From contig DAIMJI010000001.1 in the NCBI GenBank assembly GCA_036722335.1, positions 1 through 59,914 of the forward strand: 59,914 nt of DNA, read 5' to 3'. This DNA is from Synergistales bacterium. GTDB taxonomy: Bacteria; Synergistota; Synergistia; Synergistales; 79-D21. The notes under the pieces were generated by a model. That model worked only from the letters and a program-made list of their open reading frames with translations, did not search any database and was not told the origin of the DNA. The position numbers and the translations under genes are program-made. Of this stretch, positions 18,252 to 28,001 are shown piece by piece; the stretch's first letter is position 1, and each line of letters opens with the position of its first letter.

Positions 18252-19049
18252 ATGCCGAGCTTCAATGCTGCGATCATCCAGATGAACAGCACGCCGGACT
18301 CACCGGCGGAGATCGTGTCCCAGCTTGAAAACCGGCTTGCCGGCTTGCCCGACGGCTTGTCCCTTGTCATCTTACCAGAACTTTGGACAGTTTCCGGATT
18401 TGACGAAACTCTCCCCGGAAAAGCCTCCTGCAGCCCCGAAATTCTTCGGAAACTTTCGGAATGGGCAAGGACACGCCTTTGCGCTGTCCATTGCGGCAGC
18501 TTGCCGTGGAAGGAAAACGGCAGACTTTACAACCGGACGTTTTTCGTTGGGGAGACCGGGACGACTCTTTCAACCTACGATAAGGCCCACTTGATTCCCA
18601 TGATGAACGAAACCTGTTTTTTCAAGGCCGGGGAAGGACCCTCCCTTTTCCTGTGGAGGGGAATTGTTTGCGGAAACGCGACCTGTTACGACATCCGTTT
18701 CCCCGAGTACATCCGCGGAATTGCCCTCGCGGGAGCCCACATCCTGCTAATCCCGGCGGCATGGCCGGAAAGCAGGCTTAAGCACTGGAGAATCCTTCTG
18801 CAGGCCAGGGCAATCGAGAACCAGGTCTTCCTCCTTGCCTGCAACCGCAGCGGGACCTCGGGAGGAACGGCATTTGGCGGACACTCGATGGCCATTGCCC
18901 CCGATGGGACCATCCTTTCGGAAGCGGGGACAGGAGACGAGACTCTCATCGTGGAAATCGACCCCACGAGGGTTGACTGCGTTCGCAAGGAATTCCCGGT
19001 CCTTGAAAGCCGCCGTCGTTCCCTCTATTCCCTTGTTTCCGCGATTTAA
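18252..19049 (+). CDS. Carbon-nitrogen hydrolase (nitrilase family, YafV/Nit-like amidase)
   Basis: Glu-Lys-Cys triad: LPELW, YDKAHL, TCYDIRFPE; also RAIENQ. Confidence 0.9.
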   Translation: MPSFNAAIIQMNSTPDSPAEIVSQLENRLAGLPDGLSLVILPELWTVSGFDETLPGKASCSPEILRKLSEWARTRLCAVHCGSLPWKENGRLYNRTFFVGETGTTLSTYDKAHLIPMMNETCFFKAGEGPSLFLWRGIVCGNATCYDIRFPEYIRGIALAGAHILLIPAAWPESRLKHWRILLQARAIENQVFLLACNRSGTSGGTAFGGHSMAIAPDGTILSEAGTGDETLIVEIDPTRVDCVRKEFPVLESRRRSLYSLVSAI

Positions 19050-19142
19050 AGGCCAGGGACCCTTGGCTTGAGAGGCCGTCGCGAATGGACGATATGCTAG
19101 AATATTCCTGGTTTTAACCTTTTGTGCCAGGAGAAGTGACCC

Positions 19143-19898
19143 ATGCCAAGTATTTACCGCAATCCCTCGATCCTGCTCGAATCCATCGAAAACTGGCTTG
19201 AAGCAAAACTTCGCTCCTCGGGCAACAAGGGCGGCATTGTCGGCCTTAGTGGAGGAATCGATTCGGCTGTCGTTGCTGCGATCCTGAACCGGGTATGCGG
19301 GAAAAGGATGATGACGGTCATCATGCCCTGCCATAGCAATCCCCAGGATCGTCTGGACGCTGAACTGGTCGTGCGGCGTTTCGGGCTTCCCAGCGTTGTT
19401 GTCGACCTCACGGAAGCTTATGATTCCATGCTGAAGGCGCTCCCCCCGCCCGAGGGAACCGCAGGCCAGATGGCCAGGGCCAACTTAAAGCCCCGCCTTA
19501 GGATGAACACCCTGTACTTTCTTGCCCAGCAAGGGGGCTTCCTGGTTTGCGGCACGGGTAACCGGGTCGAGTTGACCGTAGGTTATTTCACGAAATACGG
19601 GGATTCGGGCGTTGACCTCCTCCCGCTCGGGGACCTGCTCAAGGGAGAAGTCAGGTCGCTGGCCAGTCTTCTCGAGATTCCAGCTCCTGTCATCGATAAG
19701 CCTCCCTCCGCCGGCCTTTGGCAAGGCCAGACCGATGAAGGGGAAATGGGAGTGACTTACGAGGAGCTGGACCGCTATATCGCGCGCGGTGAAGGCCACG
19801 AAAAAGTCAGGGAGTTCGTGGAATCCTCCCGGGCCCGTTCCGAGCACAAGCGAAGCACTCCGCCGATCTGCCGTATAGGCTTAACGAAACAAGCATGA
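19143..19898 (+). CDS. nadE: NH3-dependent NAD+ synthetase
   Basis: GLSGGIDSA, NLKPRLRM, GYFTKYGD, KPPSAGLW.GQTDE; no glutaminase domain. Confidence 0.93.
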   Translation: MPSIYRNPSILLESIENWLEAKLRSSGNKGGIVGLSGGIDSAVVAAILNRVCGKRMMTVIMPCHSNPQDRLDAELVVRRFGLPSVVVDLTEAYDSMLKALPPPEGTAGQMARANLKPRLRMNTLYFLAQQGGFLVCGTGNRVELTVGYFTKYGDSGVDLLPLGDLLKGEVRSLASLLEIPAPVIDKPPSAGLWQGQTDEGEMGVTYEELDRYIARGEGHEKVREFVESSRARSEHKRSTPPICRIGLTKQA

Positions 19899-19916
19899 CG
19901 AAGAGGTGATTGGAAA

Positions 19917-20672
19917 ATGTCAGGACATTCAAAGTGGGCAAATATCAAGCACCGTAAGGGAGCACAGGACGCGAAAAAGGGCGCGGTCTTCCAGAAGCTT
20001 GCCAAGTTCATCATTGTCGCCGCTAGGGAAGGGGGAGGGGACCCCAACGGTAACTTCCGCCTGAAAACGGCGATCGACAAGGCCAGGGAATACAACATGC
20101 CCATGGATAACATCGATCGCGCGATCAAGCGTGGAACCGGAGAGATAGAGGGAGCCACCTACGAGGAAATCACCTACGAAGGCTTTGGCCCGGCCGGAGT
20201 CGCCATACTGGTGGAAACGCTCACCGACAACCGGAACCGGACAAGCGCGGACATGAGATCCCTTTTCTCCAGGAATGGAGGAAACATGGGTGAAGCGGGA
20301 TCCGTCGGGTGGATGTTCGAGAGGCGAGGCGTACTCAATGTCGCCGGCAAGAGCCTTGACGAGGAAAAACTCATGGAAGCCGCCATCGAAGGCGGCGCGG
20401 ATGACCTCGTGCCGGATGGTGAAGAGGGGTATACGGTTTATTGCGACCCCTCGGCCCTATCTGAAGTGAAAGAAGCCCTCAAAAGCCAGGGGTATGAGGT
20501 TGGAACCGCAGAAGTGAGCCTTGTCCCGAAAAACCTGGTGGAGGTTTCCAGGAAGGAAGACGCCGCCAAGGTGCTCCGGCTGGTCGAAATCCTGGAAGAC
20601 CACGATGACGTTCAGAACGTGTACGGCAATTTTGACATTCCGGACGAGGTGATGGAAGCAATTGCCGGCTGA
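19917..20672 (+). CDS. yebC: YebC/PmpR family protein
   Basis: MSGHSKWANIKHRK, YEGFGPAG, TDNRNRT, DDVQNVY. Confidence 0.95.
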   Translation: MSGHSKWANIKHRKGAQDAKKGAVFQKLAKFIIVAAREGGGDPNGNFRLKTAIDKAREYNMPMDNIDRAIKRGTGEIEGATYEEITYEGFGPAGVAILVETLTDNRNRTSADMRSLFSRNGGNMGEAGSVGWMFERRGVLNVAGKSLDEEKLMEAAIEGGADDLVPDGEEGYTVYCDPSALSEVKEALKSQGYEVGTAEVSLVPKNLVEVSRKEDAAKVLRLVEILEDHDDVQNVYGNFDIPDEVMEAIAG

Positions 20673-21195
20673 TAGCGGAAAAATCCGCTGCCTTGGCATC
20701 GACCCCGGCATAGGGAGGCTGGGATATGGCCTGGTCTGCCAGTCGGGCAACACCTTGAGTGCAGTCGATTTCGGTTGCGTGGAAACGCGTCCCGGGGAGG
20801 AATTGCCCAAACGCCTCATGGCGGTGTATTCCTCCCTACAGGAAGTGGTCACCCGCCTTAAGCCCGATATCATTTCGGTCGAGCGCCTCTTTTTCGGCAG
20901 GAACACCACAACGGCAGAGGCTGTATGGCAGGCACGAGGCGTCGTGCTCCTGCTCGCGGCGCAGAGTGACCTTCCTCTTTTTCAGCCTAAGCCCGCGGAG
21001 GTCAAAATGGCGGTGGCGGGTACCGGAACAGCGAGCAAGGCGCAAGTCCAGCGGATGGTCTCGGAGATATTGCGCCTCACATCCGCACCGAGACCGGACG
21101 ATGTCGCGGATGCCCTGGCCATCTCCCTGACCGGGCTGGCCATGTATGCAACCGAGTACAGAATCCTTGCCTTCGAGGGAAGACGCCCATGCTGA
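20662..21195 (+). CDS. ruvC: Holliday junction resolvase RuvC
   Basis: GIDPG, SVERLFF, QARGV, K.QVQ.MV, DDVADALA. Confidence 0.92.
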   Translation: MPADSGKIRCLGIDPGIGRLGYGLVCQSGNTLSAVDFGCVETRPGEELPKRLMAVYSSLQEVVTRLKPDIISVERLFFGRNTTTAEAVWQARGVVLLLAAQSDLPLFQPKPAEVKMAVAGTGTASKAQVQRMVSEILRLTSAPRPDDVADALAISLTGLAMYATEYRILAFEGRRPC

Positions 21196-21803
21196 GAAAT
21201 CTTTACGGACAGGTTCTCCAGGTACGGGATGGAATAGTCGTTCTGGATGTCAACGGGCTGGGTTTTGAAGCCCACTGCAGCAGGCGAGCGGCTGAAGCCT
21301 GCGTGGAGGGAGAAATGGCCAGGATCCAGACGTACCTTCTCGTAAGCGAATCAGGCCCATCCCTTTTTGGCTTCGCCGACGACGAGGAACGGAGGCTTTT
21401 CCTGGAATTGCTCGCCGTCAAGGGAGTCGGCGGCCGCATGGCGATGACCCTCCTGAGGGCTGAAATACCCCAGGTGCTGGTAAAGGCCATCGTTTCCTCG
21501 GACCTGGGGATCCTTACCCACATACCGGGCATCGGCAGGAAGACCGCGGAAAGGCTATGCTTCGAGCTCCGGGAAAGGCTCTCAAAGGATTTCCCGGCCC
21601 TTTCAGGGGGGAGTGCAGAACCAATGCGCTCACCGGCCGGCAACGAGGTCGTCGAGGCACTGGTCGGGCTCGGTTTTTCGCGTCCCGAAGCATCGGGGGC
21701 GGTTAGAACCGCCATGGCACAGTCAGGGGAAGGTTCGAGGGAGGAAGAGATACTGGAGTCCGCCTTGCGCCTCCTGAACAGGATCAGGGGTGAACGCAGA
21801 TGA
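21189..21803 (+). CDS. ruvA: Holliday junction branch migration protein RuvA
   Basis: LDVNGLG, LFGF, VKGVGG and [11 protein letters not shown] HhH motifs, EALVGLGF. Confidence 0.92.
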   Translation: MLRNLYGQVLQVRDGIVVLDVNGLGFEAHCSRRAAEACVEGEMARIQTYLLVSESGPSLFGFADDEERRLFLELLAVKGVGGRMAMTLLRAEIPQVLVKAIVSSDLGILTHIPGIGRKTAERLCFELRERLSKDFPALSGGSAEPMRSPAGNEVVEALVGLGFSRPEASGAVRTAMAQSGEGSREEEILESALRLLNRIRGERR

Positions 21804-22843
21804 ACCCCGAAAAGGAACGCCTTGTCGAACCCCCCAGGATACCGGGCGAAACCGACAATCAGTCCCTTCGGCCGCAAAGGCTTGGCGAGTTCATCGGCCA
21901 GAGGTCCCTCAGGGAGAAGTTGAGGATCTATATCGACGCAGCCCGCATGAGGAAGGAGCCCCTTGACCACCTGCTTTTTTTTGGTCCTCCGGGCCTTGGC
22001 AAGACAACGCTCGCCGGGATCATCGCAAACGAAATGTCCGGGAACCTTAAAGTGACGACCGGCCCCGCGCTGGAAAGAGCGGGAGACCTGGCGGCACTCC
22101 TTTCGAACCTGCAGCCCGGAGACGTCCTTTTTATCGATGAGATCCATCGCCTTTCCCCAAACGTAGAAGAGATCCTTTACCCGTCCATGGAGGATTTCTC
22201 CCTCGATATCGTCGTCGGAAAGGGACCTTTCGCGAGGAGCATACGGCTCAGCCTTCCTCCCTTTACGCTGATCGGCGCGACAACACGACTTGGACTTTTG
22301 ACCTCGCCCTTGAGGGCCCGCTTTGGGATCGTCGAGCAACTCGACCTTTACTGCCCGGATGAACTTGCCGAGATCGTCCTGCGAGGGGCCGGTGTCTTGA
22401 ATATCGACGTCCAGCCTGCCGCTGCGATGGAAATCGCCCTGAGATCCAGGGGAACGCCTCGGGTTGCCATAAGGCTGCTCAAGCGCGTAAGGGATGTTGC
22501 CGCAGTCGGCAATCGTTCCTCAATTGACGCTGGCCTGGCCAAGAGCGCCCTTGAAATGCTTTCCATCGATCATTCCGGGCTTGACGAGGGAGACAGGAAG
22601 CTCCTTCGGGCGCTCATCGAACTGTTCTCGGGAGGACCTGTCGGGCTCGCCACCCTTGCGGCGGCGCTGAACGAGGAACAGCAAACAGTCGAAGACATCT
22701 ACGAACCTTTCCTGATCAGGAAGGGGCTAATCGAAAGGACACCCAGGGGGAGAAGGGCCACCCCATCCGCCTTCGAATACCTCGGCCTCGCCGCTCCCGC
22801 AGGATACGGCAGGCAGATCGGCCTTCTCGAAGGACTCGAATGA
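21800..22843 (+). CDS. ruvB: Holliday junction helicase RuvB
   Basis: [43 protein letters not shown]. Confidence 0.96.
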   Translation: MNPEKERLVEPPRIPGETDNQSLRPQRLGEFIGQRSLREKLRIYIDAARMRKEPLDHLLFFGPPGLGKTTLAGIIANEMSGNLKVTTGPALERAGDLAALLSNLQPGDVLFIDEIHRLSPNVEEILYPSMEDFSLDIVVGKGPFARSIRLSLPPFTLIGATTRLGLLTSPLRARFGIVEQLDLYCPDELAEIVLRGAGVLNIDVQPAAAMEIALRSRGTPRVAIRLLKRVRDVAAVGNRSSIDAGLAKSALEMLSIDHSGLDEGDRKLLRALIELFSGGPVGLATLAAALNEEQQTVEDIYEPFLIRKGLIERTPRGRRATPSAFEYLGLAAPAGYGRQIGLLEGLE

Positions 22844-23073
22844 AAACGCTCCTGCCTCTGGGCAAACTCCTCATCTACATCGGGATCTTCCTTGTTTTTA
22901 CCGGCGGGTTACTTGTCATCGCAAGCAGGATCGGACTTCCTCTTGGCAGACTTCCTGGAGATTTTTCCTTCCGGGGAAAACATTTCCAGGTCTTTGCCCC
23001 ATTTGGAACGATGATCCTCGTCAGCATCATCCTTACTGTCGTCATGAACCTATTGCTGAGGTGGTTCAAGTGA
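22840..23073 (+). CDS. DUF2905-like small membrane protein
   Basis: Two TM segments flanking GRLPGD; typical position after ruvB. Confidence 0.8.
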   Translation: MKTLLPLGKLLIYIGIFLVFTGGLLVIASRIGLPLGRLPGDFSFRGKHFQVFAPFGTMILVSIILTVVMNLLLRWFK

Positions 23074-24452
23074 AAACAAACAAGATCAAGTTTGCCGGCT
23101 TGATTCTCCTGCTCTCCCTGGCCTGTCTCTTGCCGGGACAGGGTCATGCGGAATCCCGGCAGGTCAGAATCGGCATCCAGGCTGGGGCCCAGTCAGGCGC
23201 ACTTGACTCGGACGGGACGATGCAATGCCGGGATGCCTCTGGCAGGGTCCTGTTCACAGGCCGGCATGCTGACGTGGAATATGCCGCCGGCAGCCTGCTT
23301 GTCAATGGGCAGCCCGGGACACTCGCCATGACTTTCGAAAGCCGAAGCCCGATCAGGTGGAACGGCAAACCTTACCGGGGCAACATCAGCCTGGTCACGA
23401 AAGGCGGCGGCTTCAATGTGGTCAACACACTTGACGTGGAGTCCTACCTGCGCGGCGTCTTGAAGATCGAAGTGAACCCGGCCTGGCCTATGGAGGCCCT
23501 TAAAGCCCAGGCCATCATTGCCCGCACATACGCCTTGCGCCAGTTGGGCCGCCATGGGAAAGACGGTTTCGACCTTTGCTCGACAACCCATTGCCAGGCC
23601 TACCGGGGTATGGCGGCAGAAGACGCCAGGCTTGACCGGGCAATCTCGGAAACCCGGGGAATCGTCGTTCTTTATGGTGGACAGCTTGCCCAAACCTATT
23701 ACTTTGCCGACGGAGCGGGATGGACAGCGGATGTCTCAACCGTTTGGGGCGGAGGGGTGCCCTACCTCTCATGCAAACCTGAACCGGTCCAATACAATAC
23801 GCCCCATACGACCTGGAAAGCGGTCATAACACAGGAATCCATGCAGAAAATCATGAACACCCTCAAGTCCCCGATTGGAACGGTCCTTTCGGTAAGGGCA
23901 TTGCAGCGTGACGGCGGAAGCCGGGTGACGATGCTTGAAATCAGGGGGACATCTGGCACCGCAAGGGTGAAAGGACATTCCTTCAGGATGGCGGCCGGAA
24001 GCAACCTCATACGAAGCACGCTTTTCGAAATCGCCGCCGGCGAAGCGGGAATTCAAGACGTATCTTCCTTCACGCCCACACAGCCTCCCGTGCCGGCTAC
24101 AACTAGAGGCAGCGAGGACGTCCTCATTACGCTAACCCGCCAGGGAGCCTTTTCCAGCACCGAATTGATGGACATGCTCCTTCACCCGGAAAAGAGGGAG
24201 GATTACATCAAAATGGCCCTGTCCAGGGGCGGCAACCTATCGGCACCGCTCCAGCCCGTTCCGGCAAACCCTGTCCCAACCGTACGCCCTTCGTCAATGG
24301 CACCAGCCAATTTCACTTTCCAGGGCAGGGGATGGGGGCATGGAGTGGGACTGTCCCAGTGGGGGGCCAAGGCCCTTTCGGAGAATGGCTGGAATTATGT
24401 GGCCATCCTGAATCACTATTTCACCGGAACAACCGCCAAGGCCATTTATTAA
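23070..24452 (+). CDS. SpoIID/LytB-domain peptidoglycan lytic transglycosylase, secreted
   Basis: Signal peptide; YLRGV..IE, EALKAQAIIARTY, CQAY, GRGWGHGVGLSQWGA. GTG at 23070. Confidence 0.88.
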   Translation: MKTNKIKFAGLILLLSLACLLPGQGHAESRQVRIGIQAGAQSGALDSDGTMQCRDASGRVLFTGRHADVEYAAGSLLVNGQPGTLAMTFESRSPIRWNGKPYRGNISLVTKGGGFNVVNTLDVESYLRGVLKIEVNPAWPMEALKAQAIIARTYALRQLGRHGKDGFDLCSTTHCQAYRGMAAEDARLDRAISETRGIVVLYGGQLAQTYYFADGAGWTADVSTVWGGGVPYLSCKPEPVQYNTPHTTWKAVITQESMQKIMNTLKSPIGTVLSVRALQRDGGSRVTMLEIRGTSGTARVKGHSFRMAAGSNLIRSTLFEIAAGEAGIQDVSSFTPTQPPVPATTRGSEDVLITLTRQGAFSSTELMDMLLHPEKREDYIKMALSRGGNLSAPLQPVPANPVPTVRPSSMAPANFTFQGRGWGHGVGLSQWGAKALSENGWNYVAILNHYFTGTTAKAIY

Positions 24453-24465
24453 AGGAAATACCAGG

Positions 24466-25551
24466 GTGACGAACGTGAAAGAAGGAAACCTGGACTTTTA
24501 TCCTTCGGTCCCTCCAGAATTGTTGAGGACCCAATCCTATCATTTCGACCTCCCCGAGGAATTGATCGCCCAGGTTCCGGCGGAACCACGGGATTCCTCG
24601 AGGCTGCTTGTCCTGAAGCGCGGGGACGGCGAAATCGAGCATCGTTCTTTCAGGGACATCCTCGAATACCTGGTACCCGGGGACCTGCTCATCCTGAACG
24701 ACGCAAGGGTCATTCCAGCACGCCTTTTCGGAAAGAAGGCTAGCGGAACCGCACGAGTCGAAGTTTTCCTTCTGAGGGCCATCGACCCCGGCTGGAAGAA
24801 GTGGGAAGCGATGGTCCGGCCTGGAAGGCGTCTCCAGCCCGGCACCGAGGTCCTGCTTGACGGAGGGGTGCCCGTTTCGATCCGCGAAAGCCTGCCGGGC
24901 GGCCTCAGGATCGTTGAATTCCCTGAAATGACAGACGTCCATGATTTCCTTGAGAAGTCCGGACAGGTACCTCTCCCGCCTTACATCCAGAACAAGGATA
25001 TCCGGCCGGACAGGTACCAGACCGTCTACGCGAGAAAGGAAGGCGCAGTGGCAGCCCCGACCGCCGGCCTCCATTTCACGGAAGGCCTCCTTCAGGATCT
25101 CTCCTCGATAGGGGTTGAAACAGCGAAACTAACCCTGCACGTCGGCATAGGAACTTTCAGGCCCGTCAAGGAAGCCGACATACGAAAACACCCGATGCAC
25201 GAGGAGTTCTTCGAAATCCCCGCGGAAACGGCTGAACGGGTGAACGCTGCCAGAAGCGAAAAGAGGCGTGTCGTTGCCGTCGGCACAACCGTGGTCAGGG
25301 CATTGGAAGCCGCTTGCGGGGAGGGTCCCCGCTGCAGGGCTGGAATAGACCAGACTCGTCTTTTCATTTACCCGGGCTACCGCTTCAAGGCAATCGATGC
25401 CATGGTCACGAACTTCCATCTCCCTCAAAGCAGCCTCTTGATGCTCGTCAGCGCATTCGCGGGATACGGGCAGACGATGCAGGCCTACCGTACTGCCGTC
25501 AAGGAGGGGTATCGCTTTTTCTCGTTCGGCGACGCAATGCTGATCGCTTGA
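24466..25551 (+). CDS. queA: S-adenosylmethionine:tRNA ribosyltransferase-isomerase
   Basis: LPEELIAQ, NDARVIPARL, PLPPYI, YQTVY, AAPTAGLHF, LHVG.GTF, TNFHLP.SSL, YRFFSFGDAM. Confidence 0.96.
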   Translation: MTNVKEGNLDFYPSVPPELLRTQSYHFDLPEELIAQVPAEPRDSSRLLVLKRGDGEIEHRSFRDILEYLVPGDLLILNDARVIPARLFGKKASGTARVEVFLLRAIDPGWKKWEAMVRPGRRLQPGTEVLLDGGVPVSIRESLPGGLRIVEFPEMTDVHDFLEKSGQVPLPPYIQNKDIRPDRYQTVYARKEGAVAAPTAGLHFTEGLLQDLSSIGVETAKLTLHVGIGTFRPVKEADIRKHPMHEEFFEIPAETAERVNAARSEKRRVVAVGTTVVRALEAACGEGPRCRAGIDQTRLFIYPGYRFKAIDAMVTNFHLPQSSLLMLVSAFAGYGQTMQAYRTAVKEGYRFFSFGDAMLIA

Positions 25552-25644
25552 TCCGCGCTTCCCTCCGGGTGTAACCTGCCAAATATTCTCAACAAAATGT
25601 CAGGGTTGGGGTATATTTGTCATGAGAGAAGGGGGGCTGAAAAA

Positions 25645-26988
25645 ATGTGGCTTTGGGGTTGTCTGGCTCCTCATCCGCCAATCATTGTCCCGGCAGTGGG
25701 AAGGGGCCGGGAAAATGAAGCCTCGGGAACCCTTCGCGGAATGGAACGACTGGCCGGGAGGCTGAAGGAAAACCGTCCGGACGTTCTGTTCATCCTTAGC
25801 CCGCACGCGCCCTTTGGCGACGGGTTAATGTTTGTCGATGCGAAAAAATTCGAAGGGGGCCTCCAGCAATTCGGTGTCAGGGAAAAACTGCTGGAGGCGC
25901 AGGGAAAACCGGGACTTACCCGTATCCTTGCGGATTACCTGGCCCCCTCCATTCCTTCCTATTCCTGGGCCACTGATACATTCCCCCTCGACCATGCATC
26001 CGTCGTCCCTTTGACATGGCTTTCCTCCGCATGGGGAATGTTGCCTCCGCTCATCCTCGCCAACCCTATCGGCCTGAGCTTGCAACGGTCACATGAGCTC
26101 GGGAAAAAACTCCCAGGGTTCGAAGATTCACGCAAATGGGCCCTTCTGGCTAGCGGAGACCTTTCACACCGCGTCACCCCGGGCGCTCCTGCCGGCTACC
26201 ACCCTGACGGGGCCCGTTTTGACGCCATCGTCATGAATGCGATCGCAAAAAACGATGCCAGCTCATTACTGGAACTCGATCCCGATTTCATTGACCGGGC
26301 AGGGGAATGCGGCTTGAGGTCCGTCCTTGCGCTGTTGGGGCTGGCCGGTGATGACCCGATCGAAGTGTTTTCCTACGAAGCTCCGTTCGGCGTCGGGTAC
26401 GGAACGGCCCTGTGGGAAAACAAGACACGGGAAGGTCACGAACCCCAAATCGGGCTACCGGCGTTAGCCAGGGAGGCGATCACGCGATTCCTCAAGAAAG
26501 GCAATCGCCTGTCAGCCCCGGAAGCAAAGGAGTTGTTTCCGGGCGGCGACGTGTGGCAGGAAAAAAGGGCTTGTTTCGTGTCCCTGAAGAACCGGAGGGA
26601 TGGATCCCTCAGGGGTTGCATAGGAACGCTAGAGCCGACCTGTCCATCCCTCGGGGAAGAAGTTCTGCAGAATGCGGTTTCAAGCGCCACAAGGGATCCC
26701 CGGTTTGAGCCGCTCACGCTCCGGGAGTTGCCCGGCGTCGCAATTTCAGTGGACGTGCTCAGCGAACCGGAGGCCATTCCCGGACCCGAATACCTTGACC
26801 CCCGAAAATACGGGGTTATCGTCGAAAAAGGGGACAGGAGAGGGGTCCTGCTGCCCGACCTGGAAGGCGTCGAAACAGTGGAGCAGCAGCTTAACATCGC
26901 GAGCAGGAAAGCGGGGCTACGGGGCCCCGAAGAGGCCACCTTGCGCCGTTTCACTGTCCATCGCCACACTGAAGGAGAGGGGAAATGA
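25645..26988 (+). CDS. AmmeMemoRadiSam protein: Memo/LigB-like domain fused to AMMECR1 domain
   Basis: N-terminal PHPPII, SPH, DHA, ASGDLSH, ECG. C-terminal ACFVSLK, LRGCIG, DPRF, VLLPDL. ATG at 25645. Confidence 0.88.
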   Translation: MWLWGCLAPHPPIIVPAVGRGRENEASGTLRGMERLAGRLKENRPDVLFILSPHAPFGDGLMFVDAKKFEGGLQQFGVREKLLEAQGKPGLTRILADYLAPSIPSYSWATDTFPLDHASVVPLTWLSSAWGMLPPLILANPIGLSLQRSHELGKKLPGFEDSRKWALLASGDLSHRVTPGAPAGYHPDGARFDAIVMNAIAKNDASSLLELDPDFIDRAGECGLRSVLALLGLAGDDPIEVFSYEAPFGVGYGTALWENKTREGHEPQIGLPALAREAITRFLKKGNRLSAPEAKELFPGGDVWQEKRACFVSLKNRRDGSLRGCIGTLEPTCPSLGEEVLQNAVSSATRDPRFEPLTLRELPGVAISVDVLSEPEAIPGPEYLDPRKYGVIVEKGDRRGVLLPDLEGVETVEQQLNIASRKAGLRGPEEATLRRFTVHRHTEGEGK

Positions 26989-28001
26989 ACGGGGACGGCG
27001 CGGGACTCTCCACGGCCCTCTGGTGGCACACGGAGAACGGCCGTGTCAAATGCGACCTCTGTCCTCACGAGTGCAGCCTCAAACCGGGACAGACCGGCCT
27101 TTGCGGAGTCCGCCGCGCGAACGCCTCCGGGGACACCCTTTTGTCACTGAATTTCCGCTTGGCGGCAAGCCTTCATCTCGATCCGGTGGAAAAGAAACCT
27201 CTTTTCCATTGGAGGCCGGGCTCGAAAATCCTTTCGGTGGGCACTGTCGGCTGCAACCTCAGGTGCCCGTTCTGCCAGAACTGGGAACTGGCCCGCTGGG
27301 ACTCATCGATTTCCCTGGAGGCCATCGATCCATGCACCCTGGTTGAAACCGCAAGGCAACACAAAAGTGATGCCGTTGCCTTCACCTACAATGAGCCGCT
27401 TGTCTGGTACGAATTCCTTCACGAAGCGGGCCCGCTCCTCAAACGGGAAGGTTTGGGGGTCGTTCTCGTCACGAACGGCACAATCAATCCCGCCCCCCTG
27501 CGGGAAATCCTCCCCTTCATCTCGGCTGCGAACGTGGACCTGAAAGTATTCACCGAGGAAGGATACAGGATGCTCGGAGGAGAACTCGGGACAGTGCTCC
27601 AAACGATCAAGGCAATGAAGGATGCGGGAATTCATGTCGAATTGACCCATCTGGTGGTTCCTGGCATCAATATCGACACGAGGGCCTTTGAAGAGATGGT
27701 CGACTGGATATCACAGGTCGACGAGAACATGCCCCTTCACCTGTCCCGCTATTTCCCGGCCTGGAAATGGGTTGAGGCAGCAACTCCGCTGGCGGCCATG
27801 GAGACTTTTCGTGAAATCGCCTCTCGAAAGCTCGCCTTCGTTTACATGGGAAATATCCCCGAAAAGGGGGTAACACGATGTCGTGGATGCGGGCGTGACA
27901 TTGTCGTACGTGAAGGATATAATGTTGTGCATATTGAATTAGCTCCAGACGGAAAGTGCCGTTATTGCGGTCAGGATAACGGCATCGTCATGAAGCACTA
28001 G
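26985..28001 (+). CDS. AmmeMemoRadiSam radical SAM enzyme
   Basis: CDLCPHEC, DPVEKKPLFH, GCNLRCPFCQN (CxxxCxxC), AFTYNEP, HLSRYFP, and C-terminal CRGC/CRYC. Confidence 0.9.
   Translation: MNGDGAGLSTALWWHTENGRVKCDLCPHECSLKPGQTGLCGVRRANASGDTLLSLNFRLAASLHLDPVEKKPLFHWRPGSKILSVGTVGCNLRCPFCQNWELARWDSSISLEAIDPCTLVETARQHKSDAVAFTYNEPLVWYEFLHEAGPLLKREGLGVVLVTNGTINPAPLREILPFISAANVDLKVFTEEGYRMLGGELGTVLQTIKAMKDAGIHVELTHLVVPGINIDTRAFEEMVDWISQVDENMPLHLSRYFPAWKWVEAATPLAAMETFREIASRKLAFVYMGNIPEKGVTRCRGCGRDIVVREGYNVVHIELAPDGKCRYCGQDNGIVMKH
27895..27923 (+). promoter_or_regulatory. Internal sigma70-like promoter GTGACA-N17-TATAAT inside the radical SAM gene, upstream of hutH
   Basis: 5/6 match at -35, 6/6 at -10, 17-nt spacer, 115 nt before hutH. 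The intergenic gap itself is only 37 nt. Confidence 0.6.
27957..27984. repeat. Perfect 9-bp inverted repeat TGCCGTTAT-N10-ATAACGGCA
   Basis: Arms at 27957-27965 and 27976-27984 are exact reverse complements. Confidence 0.7.

Noticed and set aside
21203-22339. 378-aa antisense ORF over ruvA/ruvB, and the many other 60-300 aa overlapping ORFs in the track
   Set aside because: They fully overlap well-supported genes and show no family motifs.
25552-25644. Possible preQ1 riboswitch after queA
   Set aside because: No preQ1-I stem with A-rich tail is recognisable, and it would be expected upstream of que genes. Only a weak TCAACA-N17-TATATT promoter-like match is present.
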